Made by a program: the position numbers and the translations under genes. Shown here one piece after another: positions 1-10,846 of a stretch of DNA of 64,000 nucleotides. Numbering within the stretch: the stretch's first letter is position 1; the number at the start of each line of letters is the position of its first letter. Origin of the DNA: a virus; the IMG/VR virus record IMGVR_UViG_3300009082_000017, positions 64,001-128,000 of that record, one strand, 5' to 3'. The notes below the pieces were generated by a model. The model did not search any database. It had not been told where the DNA came from and saw nothing but the letters and a program-made list of their open reading frames with translations.

Positions 1-301
1 AAGTTATGATGCGGAATATGTATCAGAAAAAGATATTGTTTATTGGTTGCAGGATTGCACAAAAACATGGTTTGCTAAAAATCCTCAACGTTTTTATGAT
101 CTTATTGAATCATGGAGAAAAGGCGAAAACATTATTGACTCATTCCTTTCATTCATTAGAATTATGCCTGTTGATGCCTTTGAATTTGAAATTGGTAATC
201 CTGATGAAAATATTCTACCATTACATAAGCACACAATGATTGATTCTAATATGAAAGTCGTTGAACAAAAATCAGTTTAATGAATAAGAAAGGATAACCC
301 T

Positions 302-526
302 ATGAATAACAAAACCGAACAAGAACAATTTCTCAAAGATTTAACCCAAAACATTCTGGATGATATTCTTGGTCACTTATCAGATGGCGATATCCCCGAA
401 AATTGGGATGGTATTGAACTCCGGTGGTTGTTGGCTGAAAAGTTTGCAGACTCCGCTAGTCTTGGAGACAAGGCAACAAAACGTTGGAAGGATTATAAAA
501 ATTGGATGTTAATTAATAACCTATAA
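302..526 (+). CDS. hypothetical phage protein
   Basis: ORF with upstream AAGGA Shine-Dalgarno. Confidence 0.7.
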   Translation: MNNKTEQEQFLKDLTQNILDDILGHLSDGDIPENWDGIELRWLLAEKFADSASLGDKATKRWKDYKNWMLINNL

Positions 527-543
527 CAGAAAGGACTAATAAT

Positions 544-747
544 ATGAAGGTTGAACTTTGGCAAACAACAGATGAAGACGGTCATTATGAAACCGAAGCA
601 GTCTATACTAACGTTGAATCTTTTACCGTTGAAGTAGGTACAACAGAAAAATATTTTAGTCTTCACATAACAGAAAAAGATGGAGCGATACGGACTTGTG
701 GAAATTTTAATGTGGAGTGGCAAAAAGTTGTAGTATCACCAGATTGA
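544..747 (+). CDS. hypothetical phage protein
   Basis: AAAGGA SD; ends just before dyad at 756. Confidence 0.7.
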   Translation: MKVELWQTTDEDGHYETEAVYTNVESFTVEVGTTEKYFSLHITEKDGAIRTCGNFNVEWQKVVVSPD

Positions 748-815
748 CCACACCAATAAAACATCTATTTCATGGCACTTAACAGATAATCATATTTAAA
801 TAAAAGGAGAAAATA

Positions 816-1439
816 ATGCACACACATGCAGAGATTTACTTGGAAAGCAACGAAAATTGGCAAGAACAGGTCGAAGATATTTTGTCACAGTATGATGCAA
901 ATTTAGAAATTCAAGAAGAAAAAGATGAAGATGGCAACCTTTATTGGTGCAACCCTAACGGAATTTTTGATTGGTATGAAATTGGTGGTAGATGGACTGG
1001 ATCACATGGCAATTATAATCCTGAAGAAGATATTAGGAATTATGAGAAGTGTAGACTTTGTGATGGTACAGGATTACGCAATGATGAAATTGGACTAAAA
1101 CACAGACAAGAAAATCCTGATTACAAATGTAACGGATGCTATCATTATAACAGAGATACCGGAGTGGATGAGCCAGGATTCTTTGGTGTCGGAATGGCCT
1201 TGAAGTGGCCTACTGATTGGTTCAATCATGAAAGTAATATTATTCCGATTGAAGAAATTGACGAAAAATTAGATTGTGGCACTATCTTTTTCAATGGTGA
1301 TTATTGGGAAAATGAAGAATGGGATTATGACAATAAAAAATTCAAACCAAACAAAGATTTTAACGGAAACGTAAAAGAATTTTTAACTAAAAATAATATT
1401 ACTACCGGCTTTTTGGTAACAGTTGATTATCACTGGTAG
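816..1439 (+). CDS. hypothetical protein with DnaJ-like CxxCxGxG zinc-finger insert
   Basis: CRLCDGTG...CNGC; DWYEIGGRW motif; AAGGAG SD; bounded by dyads 756 and 1446. Confidence 0.75.
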   Translation: MHTHAEIYLESNENWQEQVEDILSQYDANLEIQEEKDEDGNLYWCNPNGIFDWYEIGGRWTGSHGNYNPEEDIRNYEKCRLCDGTGLRNDEIGLKHRQENPDYKCNGCYHYNRDTGVDEPGFFGVGMALKWPTDWFNHESNIIPIEEIDEKLDCGTIFFNGDYWENEEWDYDNKKFKPNKDFNGNVKEFLTKNNITTGFLVTVDYHW

Positions 1440-1492
1440 TACCCCATGAAATTTCCATTTCATTAGACTATATAACAGAAGGAGACAAATAG

Positions 1493-2047
1493 ATGAGCGA
1501 AGAAATGATTTTACGAAAAGAAATGTGTGGTTCACACCTTATTCAAAGAATTGAAAAGCCTTATGGTGTTCCTAGTGATATTGACTTTTCTAACACTATA
1601 TCAGTTGATGGGTTATCAACGGAAGCAAAAACAATATTAAAAACTATTTATCGTTTTGATTATATGGGATCGGCAGAATTTGAATTTGGTGCAATCCCAA
1701 CCGCTTTTAGATTTATGGCAAAACAAGCGCACGCTAAGAACCTTGTTGCTGGAAGTGTAGGAAATGTTTATTATATTACTCCTAAACCTTATGAGCAAGA
1801 AGTAAAGGTACGCATTGAAAGACTGAGACAAGATGAATATAGTTTTAGATTAAAAGAATGGTGTGGACTAAAAGACGCTTTACTTCCAACAAAAGAATCT
1901 TTTGGCAGTAAGTCTATTGGATGGTTTGAAATTGATAATGGTTTTATGTTTTTCGTTGATAAAGAAATGTTTGAAAATAGTTGTAATTTATTTGGGATTA
2001 AAGTAAAACAATTACCCCATGAAACAGCAATTTCATTGATTTTTTAA
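1493..2047 (+). CDS. hypothetical phage protein
   Basis: 184 aa, AAGGAG SD, DYMGSAEFEFG motif; C-terminus reads through the dyad at 2019. Confidence 0.75.
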   Translation: MSEEMILRKEMCGSHLIQRIEKPYGVPSDIDFSNTISVDGLSTEAKTILKTIYRFDYMGSAEFEFGAIPTAFRFMAKQAHAKNLVAGSVGNVYYITPKPYEQEVKVRIERLRQDEYSFRLKEWCGLKDALLPTKESFGSKSIGWFEIDNGFMFFVDKEMFENSCNLFGIKVKQLPHETAISLIF

Positions 2048-2294
2048 AAGGAGATTACAATGGAAGAAAAAGGCGATTGGTCACAAACTGATATAACCAA
2101 AGTCACAGATGATACATTAGACTTATGGAAAAGAATGCTAGATAAAGCCAGAGGCGACGATCCAGATTGTAAATTTGGTCTAATTCCTTTTAGTAGATAT
2201 GAAGTTTATCAAGAATTATTACGCAGAATTTAAAACTCCCTATTGACTTTAATAAAATGTCGTGCAATAATATATATTAGAAAGGAAAATAAAA

Positions 2295-2549
2295 ATGAGA
2301 ATCAATAAGCACACAGAAAAATTAAAAGCTGGTGATAAAATTACTACTGATTTTTTTGAGGGTGAAGAAAGTGTAGTAAGAACAATTATTTGGATTGAAG
2401 ATAATGCAAGGATGGGATCAGGCAGAGAAGTATTTTTCGATGGAGGTAATGAATGTCCTTGTTGTCATAGACTTCTTGGAACACCATTATCTGAACATGT
2501 AAGAGTCGGTGGCATTGATGCGGCTTGGGCTATTGCCATGAAACAATGA
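2295..2549 (+). CDS. hypothetical protein
   Basis: SD AAAGGA; stop lies inside the dyad at 2538. Confidence 0.7.
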   Translation: MRINKHTEKLKAGDKITTDFFEGEESVVRTIIWIEDNARMGSGREVFFDGGNECPCCHRLLGTPLSEHVRVGGIDAAWAIAMKQ

Positions 2550-2571
2550 TTTCATTGAAAGGAAATGAATT

Positions 2572-2781
2572 ATGGCACTACGAATAAGACAAAATGGTAG
2601 AATCTTTTGTGCCGCTATTTGTCCAGCAGAGGATGGTGATACATATATCAATGACGATCTACACTATGAGATGTCAGTTATACACCGTGTAATCGTTACA
2701 GAGCCATCAGAAAGACATTTACTTCATGGTGAATGGTGGTGGGCAAATAATGTTCCAAAAGGGATTGTGATTGAACATTAG
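2572..2781 (+). CDS. hypothetical protein
   Basis: SD AAAGGA directly after dyad. Confidence 0.65.
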   Translation: MALRIRQNGRIFCAAICPAEDGDTYINDDLHYEMSVIHRVIVTEPSERHLLHGEWWWANNVPKGIVIEH

Positions 2782-2816
2782 AATTGGATTAGAATTCTTA
2801 AATTAACTGAAAATGC

Positions 2817-2845
2817 TTGACTTTTCAATTTTATAACTGTATAAT
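2817..2845 (+). promoter_or_regulatory. sigma70-type promoter
   Basis: TTGACT-17 bp-TATAAT. Confidence 0.85.
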
Positions 2846-4447
2846 ATTACTATAACGAATAAAGAAAAGGAGATAATATTATGAAACAAACTTTAGTAAA
2901 TGTTACAGTAAGACTCGTGATCAATCATGATACTGATCTTGATGAAATTATTGACAATATGGATTATGACTTTTCAAATAAATTTATCACTGGGGCGGAA
3001 ATTGTAGATACTGAAATTTTAGACTATGAAGTTATTAATCCAGAAGAAGAGGAATAACATGAAAAAATATAGTAAAAAAGACACTATTATTATTACAGTG
3101 GATCAGGGATTAATTACAGAATTATTTTATGCCCCCAAAAGCATTAAGAATGTATTACAAATTGATTATAATGAAATTATGGAAAATCCAGAGGCTTATT
3201 GCCCCTCTTGCGAAGAAAGAGTAAAATGGACTGACGATTTGATTTGTCCTAATTGTGGATTTGATGCGATGGAACTTGAAAACAACTTAAAGTAACAACC
3301 ACATGAAATACAATTTTCATGGCAATGAAAGGACATAAATAAAATGAGAAGAAGATTGCCCAAAAACACTAAAATTGTTATTAGAAAAACTCAAATTAGG
3401 AGTTCTCAATTATGTCACAAATGTAATTCTAATATTGAAAAATTAAGCGAAGTGATCCTAGTCAGTAATGGTCGTGGTCAAAATAGAAAGTATTATCATC
3501 TTAAGTGTGCAGAATTAGAAGGGATTAAAAATGACAGAGAATGAAGAAGATAAATTAATGGTGGTATTAGAACATTTTTTATCGTTGCATGAAGCCGATG
3601 AAATTTACAATGCAATATTTGATATAACAGTTGACGAAAAACAGTTGAGTGCGATTCTGGATAGTTATAAAGAACCATGAAATTCTACTTTCATTGGAAA
3701 ACAAAAAGGAGATAATAATGGAACTAAAAATTAACGCTGATAGATGGAATAATCGTGATATGGAAAGCGTAACTGGAATTTATATTCGTGCTATGACCCC
3801 TGACGGAAAATGGGATAACGCCGATCTTGCTCAACTTGATAGGGATTCTATTATTGAGTGGACTAAAACCAGAGAAAATGGCGCATTGAACACTTTACTA
3901 ATTTTGCTCGGATACGATCAAGTAACAAACTAAACCCATGAAATGTAACTTTCATTAGAAAGGAGAATAAAATGAAATTTTTAAACAAATACGAAATAGA
4001 ACACGCTGGCAATTACATTTATTGGAGACCAGATTGGATAAAAGGAAGTCCAGTTTATGTTACTGGTCATCAAGCGAATTTTGATGTGCATTTTGACAAA
4101 AATACTTATCCTACTTTATTAAGAGATGTTCCTGAAGATGCAATATTTATGAGATTACATTCTTCTAATGTTTTCCCTGAACTATAACAGAAAGGACACT
4201 CAACAATGACCTGCAAACAAAAGAATCTACTCGAACACTACTTTTATCAAATACTCACTCGTCAAGGTATTGCTCCAAAGTTTTCTTTTATCCATAGCAA
4301 ATATAAAGACGATGGTTCAGAACTTATTCAAACCATTGTAACAAAAGATAATAAACCTGTGGCAGTATTTGATAGGGTTTATATTGACTCAAAAGGTTAT
4401 GTGCTTAATTATGAAATGATGTTGGCTTAACAGAAAGGACTATAACA

Positions 4448-4816
4448 ATGAAACTCAACATTAACCCTAAAACTAACCCTGATCTCTTAGGTGAAACCCT
4501 ACGTGATGAATTTTTCAAACAAGAACTCAAACATACTAGATATGGTGATTACCGTCAATTAGGGTGCTATGATACATTTGAACTCAAAGACGATGTAACA
4601 CCACTGCCTGACGAGTTGCTAGACGAAGGATATCCTGAAGATGGTTCGTACCATGTATTCAAGAAAGTGGTGAATGGTCAAGAAATTATTATGAAATATT
4701 TTTGGGATGGAGATGGTGAATTGGAGTTTTTCTTCAAAGGTGGTATGATTAGTAATGATGATTGCAAAAAGACTTATGGCTGGACGTTTTATGATGAAAA
4801 GCCGATTGAGTATTAA
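4448..4816 (+). CDS. hypothetical protein
   Basis: 122 aa ORF with AAAGGA SD. Confidence 0.7.
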   Translation: MKLNINPKTNPDLLGETLRDEFFKQELKHTRYGDYRQLGCYDTFELKDDVTPLPDELLDEGYPEDGSYHVFKKVVNGQEIIMKYFWDGDGELEFFFKGGMISNDDCKKTYGWTFYDEKPIEY

Positions 4817-5363
4817 CAGAAAGGGAAAAATAAAATGAGATGTAAACATCCAACCAAAGAAATTTTTAGTAGATGGGTAGATATGAATGGGCGTTCAATC
4901 AACTTCAGCGCCGGTATAGGAGAAGTCAAGAAAGAATATACTTGCCTAGCTTGTGGTAAAGTCGTAAGAAAGCCCAAATCAGAATAACAGTCAACGAAAT
5001 ACCACTTTCATGTGGTTAACAGAAAAGGAGAATAGAATGACAACTTATACAGTTTCGTTTGTAAAAGATGCTTATGTAACAGTAGAAGCAGATAGTGTGG
5101 AAGAGGCGGAAGAATTGGCAACGAAAGAAGTCAATGATCGTGGAGTTGATTGTGAAAGTAAATGGCAATTAGATGAAGTTATTGATGAGTAACACTCAAT
5201 AAAATTTATATTTCATGGTGAAGTAAACCCAAACATCTATTATAAATAGATCAGGGTCTAGAGATTGCGATTTACAATCAGTTTGAATAAATTCAAACAA
5301 AGGAGTGAAATTGCTCCAATAAATTATATCATTCATGGGAAAAATAAAAAGAAAGGAGGTCAA

Positions 5364-6575
5364 TTGATTGTTAATCGCATTGAAAAACATTGCATTAAAA
5401 GGAACACTCCATTATGGAAAGTTATAGATCAAAAATGTTGGGAAGCCAAAAGTTTATATAATTGTGCTAATTATATTATCACACAAGAATTTAAATCTAC
5501 TGGAAAGTGGATTAGATATTATAGTCTTGACAATATGATGCAAAGTACTTTACAATACAAACGATTAGGTTCTCAGGCTGCGCAGAACACATTGGTTTTA
5601 CTTGATAGAGACTGGCGTTCATTTTTTAAAGGAATCAAACAATGGTCTAAAAAGAAAGGAGAAGGATTTTTTGGTAAACCAGAAATGCCTTTCTATAAAA
5701 AGAAAAATGGTAGAAGTGTTTTAATGATAAAAAATATTCAATGTAGAATAGAAGGGAATAAACTTATTTTTTCTTGGCTACCATTAAGAAAATTTAGTGG
5801 TATTCCCACAAAAGCAACAGGAAAATTAATGCAAGTGCGTTTTGTTCCAAAAGGATCATGTTATTATATGGAGATAGTTTATCAAATAAACATTCCTGAC
5901 CAAAAGAAATTTAATAATCGCATTGCAGGAATAGATTTAGGCGTTAATAATTTTGCCACTATTGTAAACAATATCGGTCTTAGACCAATTTTTGTTAAGG
6001 GTAATATTATTAAATCTATGAATCAGTATTATAATAAAGAACGTGCTGAAATATCTAGATCAACTGGAATGGTCTGGAATAATAGAATGAGGAGATTAAC
6101 AGATAAACATTTGAAAAAATTAGATACTTACACCCATACAGTTAGCAAAAGAATTATAGAATATTGTTTAGAAAATAATATAGATACACTTATTGTTGGG
6201 CTTACTAAAGAATGGAAGGATGGAATTAATCTAGGACACGTTAATAATCAAAATTTTGTATGTATTCCTTATGATAAATTTATTCTTCAGTTACAATATA
6301 AATGTGAAAACATTGGAATAAGATTTATTATGAATGAAGAAAACTTTACATCTGGTACAAGTTTTCTTGATAATGAATTACCTATTGAGGAAAACTATAA
6401 TATTAAGCGTAGGATTAAAAGAGGTTTATTTAAATCTAACAATGGCGCAGTTATTAATTCCGATGTTAATGGTGCATATCAAATTGTTAAGAAAGTATAC
6501 CCAAACGCTTTTACAGAAATGTTTAGCAGAGGGATTAGAGGGTGTGATTTACACCCAATTAAGCTAGTAATCTAG
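5364..6575 (+). CDS. tnpB: IS200/IS605-family RNA-guided nuclease TnpB (no TnpA)
   Basis: RuvC-I GIDLG, WKDGINLG..NNQNF, EENFTS, RuvC-III NSDVNGA; probable TTG start at 5364 after AAGGAGG, matching the start of the paralogue at 33399. Confidence 0.9.
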   Translation: MIVNRIEKHCIKRNTPLWKVIDQKCWEAKSLYNCANYIITQEFKSTGKWIRYYSLDNMMQSTLQYKRLGSQAAQNTLVLLDRDWRSFFKGIKQWSKKKGEGFFGKPEMPFYKKKNGRSVLMIKNIQCRIEGNKLIFSWLPLRKFSGIPTKATGKLMQVRFVPKGSCYYMEIVYQINIPDQKKFNNRIAGIDLGVNNFATIVNNIGLRPIFVKGNIIKSMNQYYNKERAEISRSTGMVWNNRMRRLTDKHLKKLDTYTHTVSKRIIEYCLENNIDTLIVGLTKEWKDGINLGHVNNQNFVCIPYDKFILQLQYKCENIGIRFIMNEENFTSGTSFLDNELPIEENYNIKRRIKRGLFKSNNGAVINSDVNGAYQIVKKVYPNAFTEMFSRGIRGCDLHPIKLVI

Positions 6576-6622
6576 ATAATAAAGAAGTGATTTTTTGCTT
6601 CGTAAATTCTTCGTTTTATGAA
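6535..6622 (+). ncRNA. putative omegaRNA / right end of TnpB element 1
   Basis: Hairpins GGGTGT-gattt-ACACCC, CTAG-taat-CTAG and GAAG..CTTC, conserved with compensatory changes in the paralogue at 34558-34644. Confidence 0.6.
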
Positions 6623-6664
6623 AAATAATAAAAAGGAAATAATTATGAAAGCTATATTAACCTT

Positions 6665-7072
6665 ATGAATGACCTTACAAGATATGTAAACATAAACGAT
6701 ACCTATATCCATTGCGCCAAATACCTATCCCCACAAACAACCCTGGTATGGTTATGTTTGAATACCTATTGGTTCAATAAGAAGGATAAGGGTGAACGCA
6801 TCAATGATTATGTCAAACCGTCTATAAACAGCATTGTAGCCGGTACTGGGCTATCTAAAAACACTATCAGGAAGTGTATCAAAGAATTAAATATATTAGG
6901 GTTTATCTCTAAAATTGAAAAAATATATGATAAAGAGACTGGAATGAATAGATCAAATCTTTATTATATGGACGAAAACCCTGAAAACCTTATTGAAAAC
7001 ATGGTAAAATTGAAGGAATTTAGAAGTGTAAAACGGTCAAAAGATACAATAAGTGAGGATGGATTTGACTAA
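6665..7072 (+). CDS. helix-turn-helix (HTH_36 / replisome-organiser-like) DNA-binding protein
   Basis: PSINSIVAGTGLSKNTIRKCIKEL...G.I...NRSNLY pattern typical of the N-terminal wHTH of phage replication initiators. Confidence 0.7.
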   Translation: MNDLTRYVNINDTYIHCAKYLSPQTTLVWLCLNTYWFNKKDKGERINDYVKPSINSIVAGTGLSKNTIRKCIKELNILGFISKIEKIYDKETGMNRSNLYYMDENPENLIENMVKLKEFRSVKRSKDTISEDGFD

Positions 7073-7084
7073 AAAATCTTGTCT

Positions 7085-7142
7085 AAACTCACTATTTGAC
7101 CCACCTAGTTCAAATAGTGAGTTTAGGTAGTTCAAATAGTGA
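7085..7142. repeat. 15-bp inverted repeat plus direct repeat (iteron-like)
   Basis: AAACTCACTATTTGA 7085-7099 / TCAAATAGTGAGTTT 7110-7124; TAGTTCAAATAGTGA at 7106 and 7128. Confidence 0.85.
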
Positions 7143-7440
7143 AGGAGGGGTGGTTCACGGTTTGAACCCGAATAATTACTAAGTATTAATAACTACTAAG
7201 TAGTTAAATAAATACTAATAAATAATCAATCAAAATCAAAAAGGCAAAAACCAAGAGCGCCTTTTTGATTTATGAACACAAATTTTTAATGCTTTTAATT
7301 TAAAGGAGTAAACAGTTTACAACCATGAAACTATTGTTTCATTGAAAATAATTTTAGATTAATTTAAGGTAATGTTCTATTGTAATTAAAAAATTAGGAC
7401 TGTATACTATTAGTATAAATAAATAAGAAAGGAATAAAAA

Positions 7441-8022
7441 ATGATAACTCATGAAAAATATGGTCAATGTACACAGTCCTTTAATCCTTGGCGTGACGCT
7501 ATTGAAAGAAAAGATTTTCTAAATAGATCATGCGGAGAATCAAAAATTACAGACAATGAAGATGGGTCTTATACGGTTGTAAGTGATAGTTACTGGAGTA
7601 CCTTTACTTATTTGCCTAATAACTGGGAGGAACCTTTACAATTTATTGATCCTCAGATTTTTCCATGTATTCAAAAATGTTCAATCCAAATAACAAAATG
7701 GCCTTGGGATGAAGTTGAAGATTACTTCCCACCAAAATTTTATAACAGAAATTTTTACACCGTTTCTATAAAATTATATGATGGTTATGATGAAAAAGGC
7801 AATCCTGAAAATTTGTCTGAATTTGACAATTATTTCTATCCAGAGTATATTTCTAATTTTGATATGTCTGTTTACAAAGAATTTGGATTTTGTACCGACA
7901 AAGACGATCATGATTTTGGAACTTTCAATAAACAATTTGCTATAAAATTAGCAAAGTATGTAAAAACAGAATTAGAAAAATCAGGATTTATTGTTTTTAA
8001 AACCGAACTTCATGAAGCTTAA
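7441..8022 (+). CDS. hypothetical protein
   Basis: 193 aa; own promoter (TTGTAA..TATACT) and SD; bounded by dyads 7325 and 8030. Confidence 0.75.
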   Translation: MITHEKYGQCTQSFNPWRDAIERKDFLNRSCGESKITDNEDGSYTVVSDSYWSTFTYLPNNWEEPLQFIDPQIFPCIQKCSIQITKWPWDEVEDYFPPKFYNRNFYTVSIKLYDGYDEKGNPENLSEFDNYFYPEYISNFDMSVYKEFGFCTDKDDHDFGTFNKQFAIKLAKYVKTELEKSGFIVFKTELHEA

Positions 8023-8339
8023 TTCACCCATGAAAGTTCTATTTCATGGTGTTATAAGAAAGGATTAAAATGAAAATCTTAAAAATTCAAGATATTACAC
8101 CCTTTCGTGGTAAAGAACCTAATGATATGGATTTATTAAATTGTTTGGTAGAATATAACGATGGAGTTACTGGAAATTCATATATGTATCGTGCTAAATA
8201 CGATAAACTTATTTTTCAAGCAGACCTAATTAAAAAATATAATATCACGGAATATGAATTAAATGTGTTTACAGATTTGATCAGAGATGAAATTGATACT
8301 GAACATTTTTATAATGAAACTTAAAGAATAGGAGAAAAA

Positions 8340-8741
8340 ATGAAAGGTAAAATTACTATTTCAAAAACTTATGGCAATTATGACAATCCAAGGCCAGTTC
8401 GTATTACTATTACAGACACAGATGCCAATATTGATTTTGCTGAAATTAATTTAAGTCTGGAAGAAATTGCCGAAGCATTACTTGGATTGGCTCATGTGGA
8501 ATGTGAAATAACAACACATGATTTAAAAAACGTTGGAAAAACAAGGGAAATGGATACATTAATTGTAAAGTTCCCTGAAGAAATTAACTATCCTACCAAA
8601 CAAGATGCTCATGACTTTGCAATTCAACAAATGCCTGAAACTTGGGAATTACGAGACAGTTTTACTTCGCAAAAATCTTTCTTTGAAGAAAATGGTAAAA
8701 AATATGCAAGAGCCAATATTATAAGATGGGTAGAAAAATAG
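8340..8741 (+). CDS. hypothetical protein
   Basis: 133 aa, AGGAG SD. Confidence 0.7.
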   Translation: MKGKITISKTYGNYDNPRPVRITITDTDANIDFAEINLSLEEIAEALLGLAHVECEITTHDLKNVGKTREMDTLIVKFPEEINYPTKQDAHDFAIQQMPETWELRDSFTSQKSFFEENGKKYARANIIRWVEK

Positions 8742-8783
8742 TACCCATGAATTTACCGTTTCATTAGAAAAGGAGAAAAAGAT

Positions 8784-8981
8784 ATGTATAATAAAAATGC
8801 AGAAACAAAAATAAGCGATCATGTTCCTATGTTAATGCTTGCATCTTTTTTAAGTCCACTCGTTCTTGGAATAGCAACAGGAATGATTATAAATGACTTT
8901 AGTGCAGGTGGAGGATTAGGAGTATTTATTATGATTGGTTTATGGGTTTTATGTTTTCTATCAATGGCATTTGATTTTTAA
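8784..8981 (+). CDS. small membrane protein
   Basis: two hydrophobic segments; AAGGAG SD. Confidence 0.65.
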   Translation: MYNKNAETKISDHVPMLMLASFLSPLVLGIATGMIINDFSAGGGLGVFIMIGLWVLCFLSMAFDF

Positions 8982-9250
8982 TAAAGAGGTTGAAAAAATG
9001 AGCAAATATGAATATTTAATAGGGGAAACTGTGTCTTGGAAGGAACATATTGATACAGGTGGAGGCACATATAATTATTGCGAAGGAAAAGTTTTAAACG
9101 TAATTGGTAAAAATGTATTTTTTGAATCAGATGTTAAGTGGATTCCTTATATGCACGAATTAAAAATTATTGAAAAGACGACACAAATAACCCCATGAAA
9201 TTGCTCTTTTATTGAAAACATTAGAATTCTTAAAATTTCTAAAAAAACTA

Positions 9251-9279
9251 TTGTAATTGTGTTTTTCTCGTGGTATACT
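9251..9279 (+). promoter_or_regulatory. sigma70-type promoter
   Basis: TTGTAA-17 bp-TATACT with TG extension. Confidence 0.7.
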
Positions 9280-10400
9280 ATTGCTAGAAAAGGAGATGAA
9301 ATATGACAGATAAAATTAAAACATTAAAATTGTGGTCAAGTGAGTCATATAGTGTAGAATGGCATGAAAACACTATTGATATGGGTGATTATAACCCCGA
9401 AGAACAAGTAAATGTTTTATTGGGGCTAATATATAATCAATTACCAGGAGATGTTTTTGAGGCATTAGCAAAAAGATTGGGCATTACAGAGGAACGTTTA
9501 GCAGATGTTTGTCCATAATTCCCATGAAATAAGGTTTTTCATTGGGTAGTAAATAAAATTTTAAATATACAAAGAAGGAGATAAAATGGAAAAAAGTTAC
9601 GGTTCGGGTTATAATTGGGTTGTCACGGATAATGGGAAAGTCGCTCGTTTCGCAGTAGGCGATCATTATGCTGGTGGTTTGTGGGATTTACAAAAAGAAG
9701 GAACACAAGACTCTTTAGAGAATAAAAGTACTCGTGCGTATCTTTTTGAAGCAATTTATAGTATTTCGCCTAGAGAGTATTTTGAATTAAAAGAAGATGT
9801 TGGAAAAGATTTTATAGAACTATTAGAAAAACAAATATCAAATGATTTAAAAAATGAAAAATAATCCCCATGAAATGAGACATTCATGGGAATAAAGAAA
9901 GGATAATGAAATGGACAAAAAAGAATTGAAAGAATATTTACGCAATAACTTAGGCGTGACAGTTTTTATCAATGATGGCGATCTTCAAGTGGATATTACT
10001 TTAGAGGATGAAGTTATTGCCAGCGCAGGAACTTGTATGCCGTTTGAAAATGCTCGTTATGATGATTATGGTAATCGAATTTAACCCCATAAAACAACGC
10101 TTTCATGTGGAAAGGATAAAATGAAAATAAAAGGAAAGCAAATAGTTGAAGTAGAAATTACTGAAAGAGAATTGGCTTATGCTCTTATGGACATAGTGCG
10201 TAAAAAATTGAAACTTGATAATAGTTTTGATGATGCCGGTTGTGATTGGGTTACCGATAAAGACAAAACATATATTGGAAATAATAAATGGTTAATATCA
10301 AATAATCCTGAAATAGCAAGCATGATCAACACAGTAAATTTATTGATCTATAATCAAACTTTGGGAATATAATATCCAACCTTAAAAAATCTCAAAACGC

Positions 10401-10429
10401 TTGACTTTCGTATTTTATCGTGCTATACT
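10401..10429 (+). promoter_or_regulatory. sigma70-type promoter
   Basis: TTGACT-17 bp-TATACT, extended -10 TG. Confidence 0.85.
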
Positions 10430-10471
10430 ATATACAAGGAATTAAATAAAGCACGTAAAAAGGAGATAATA

Positions 10472-10846
10472 ATGAAAGAAACTGGTGAATATGTAACTTT
10501 CAGTCTTGACAATGATAAGGATTTAGTTATTTCTTTAAATAAAAATATCACTAAAAAATCAAGAAAAGAATTTTTAGATGATACAAAAGATTATCATAGT
10601 GACCAAAGATTTATGGAACTTATTGAAGACTTTTTGTGTAACGGTTGGGATTGGGTTAATGCGGAAGATATTGGAGCTTTAACAGAAGCGCCTTTGTTGA
10701 CCAACGATATTGAAATTGACGATCAAGGTAATGTAATAAAAGTTGGTATAATTTATAAATATGAAATGTATCAGGTTTATGATCCTGTGGAAGAAATTTT
10801 TAGTGAAGGAAAGATTATTTTAACAAAACATGAACCAGAGAATTAA
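10472..10846 (+). CDS. hypothetical protein
   Basis: 124 aa, AAGGAG SD. Confidence 0.7.
   Translation: MKETGEYVTFSLDNDKDLVISLNKNITKKSRKEFLDDTKDYHSDQRFMELIEDFLCNGWDWVNAEDIGALTEAPLLTNDIEIDDQGNVIKVGIIYKYEMYQVYDPVEEIFSEGKIILTKHEPEN

Noticed and set aside
5265-5363. N-terminal extension of TnpB-1 given in the ORF track
   Set aside because: It runs through a dyad and the SD; the paralogue aligns from the TTG at 5364.
5364-6575. Cas12f / type V CRISPR effector call for the TnpB-like genes
   Set aside because: No repeat-spacer array is adjacent to any of the three genes; their 3' hairpins fit omegaRNA.
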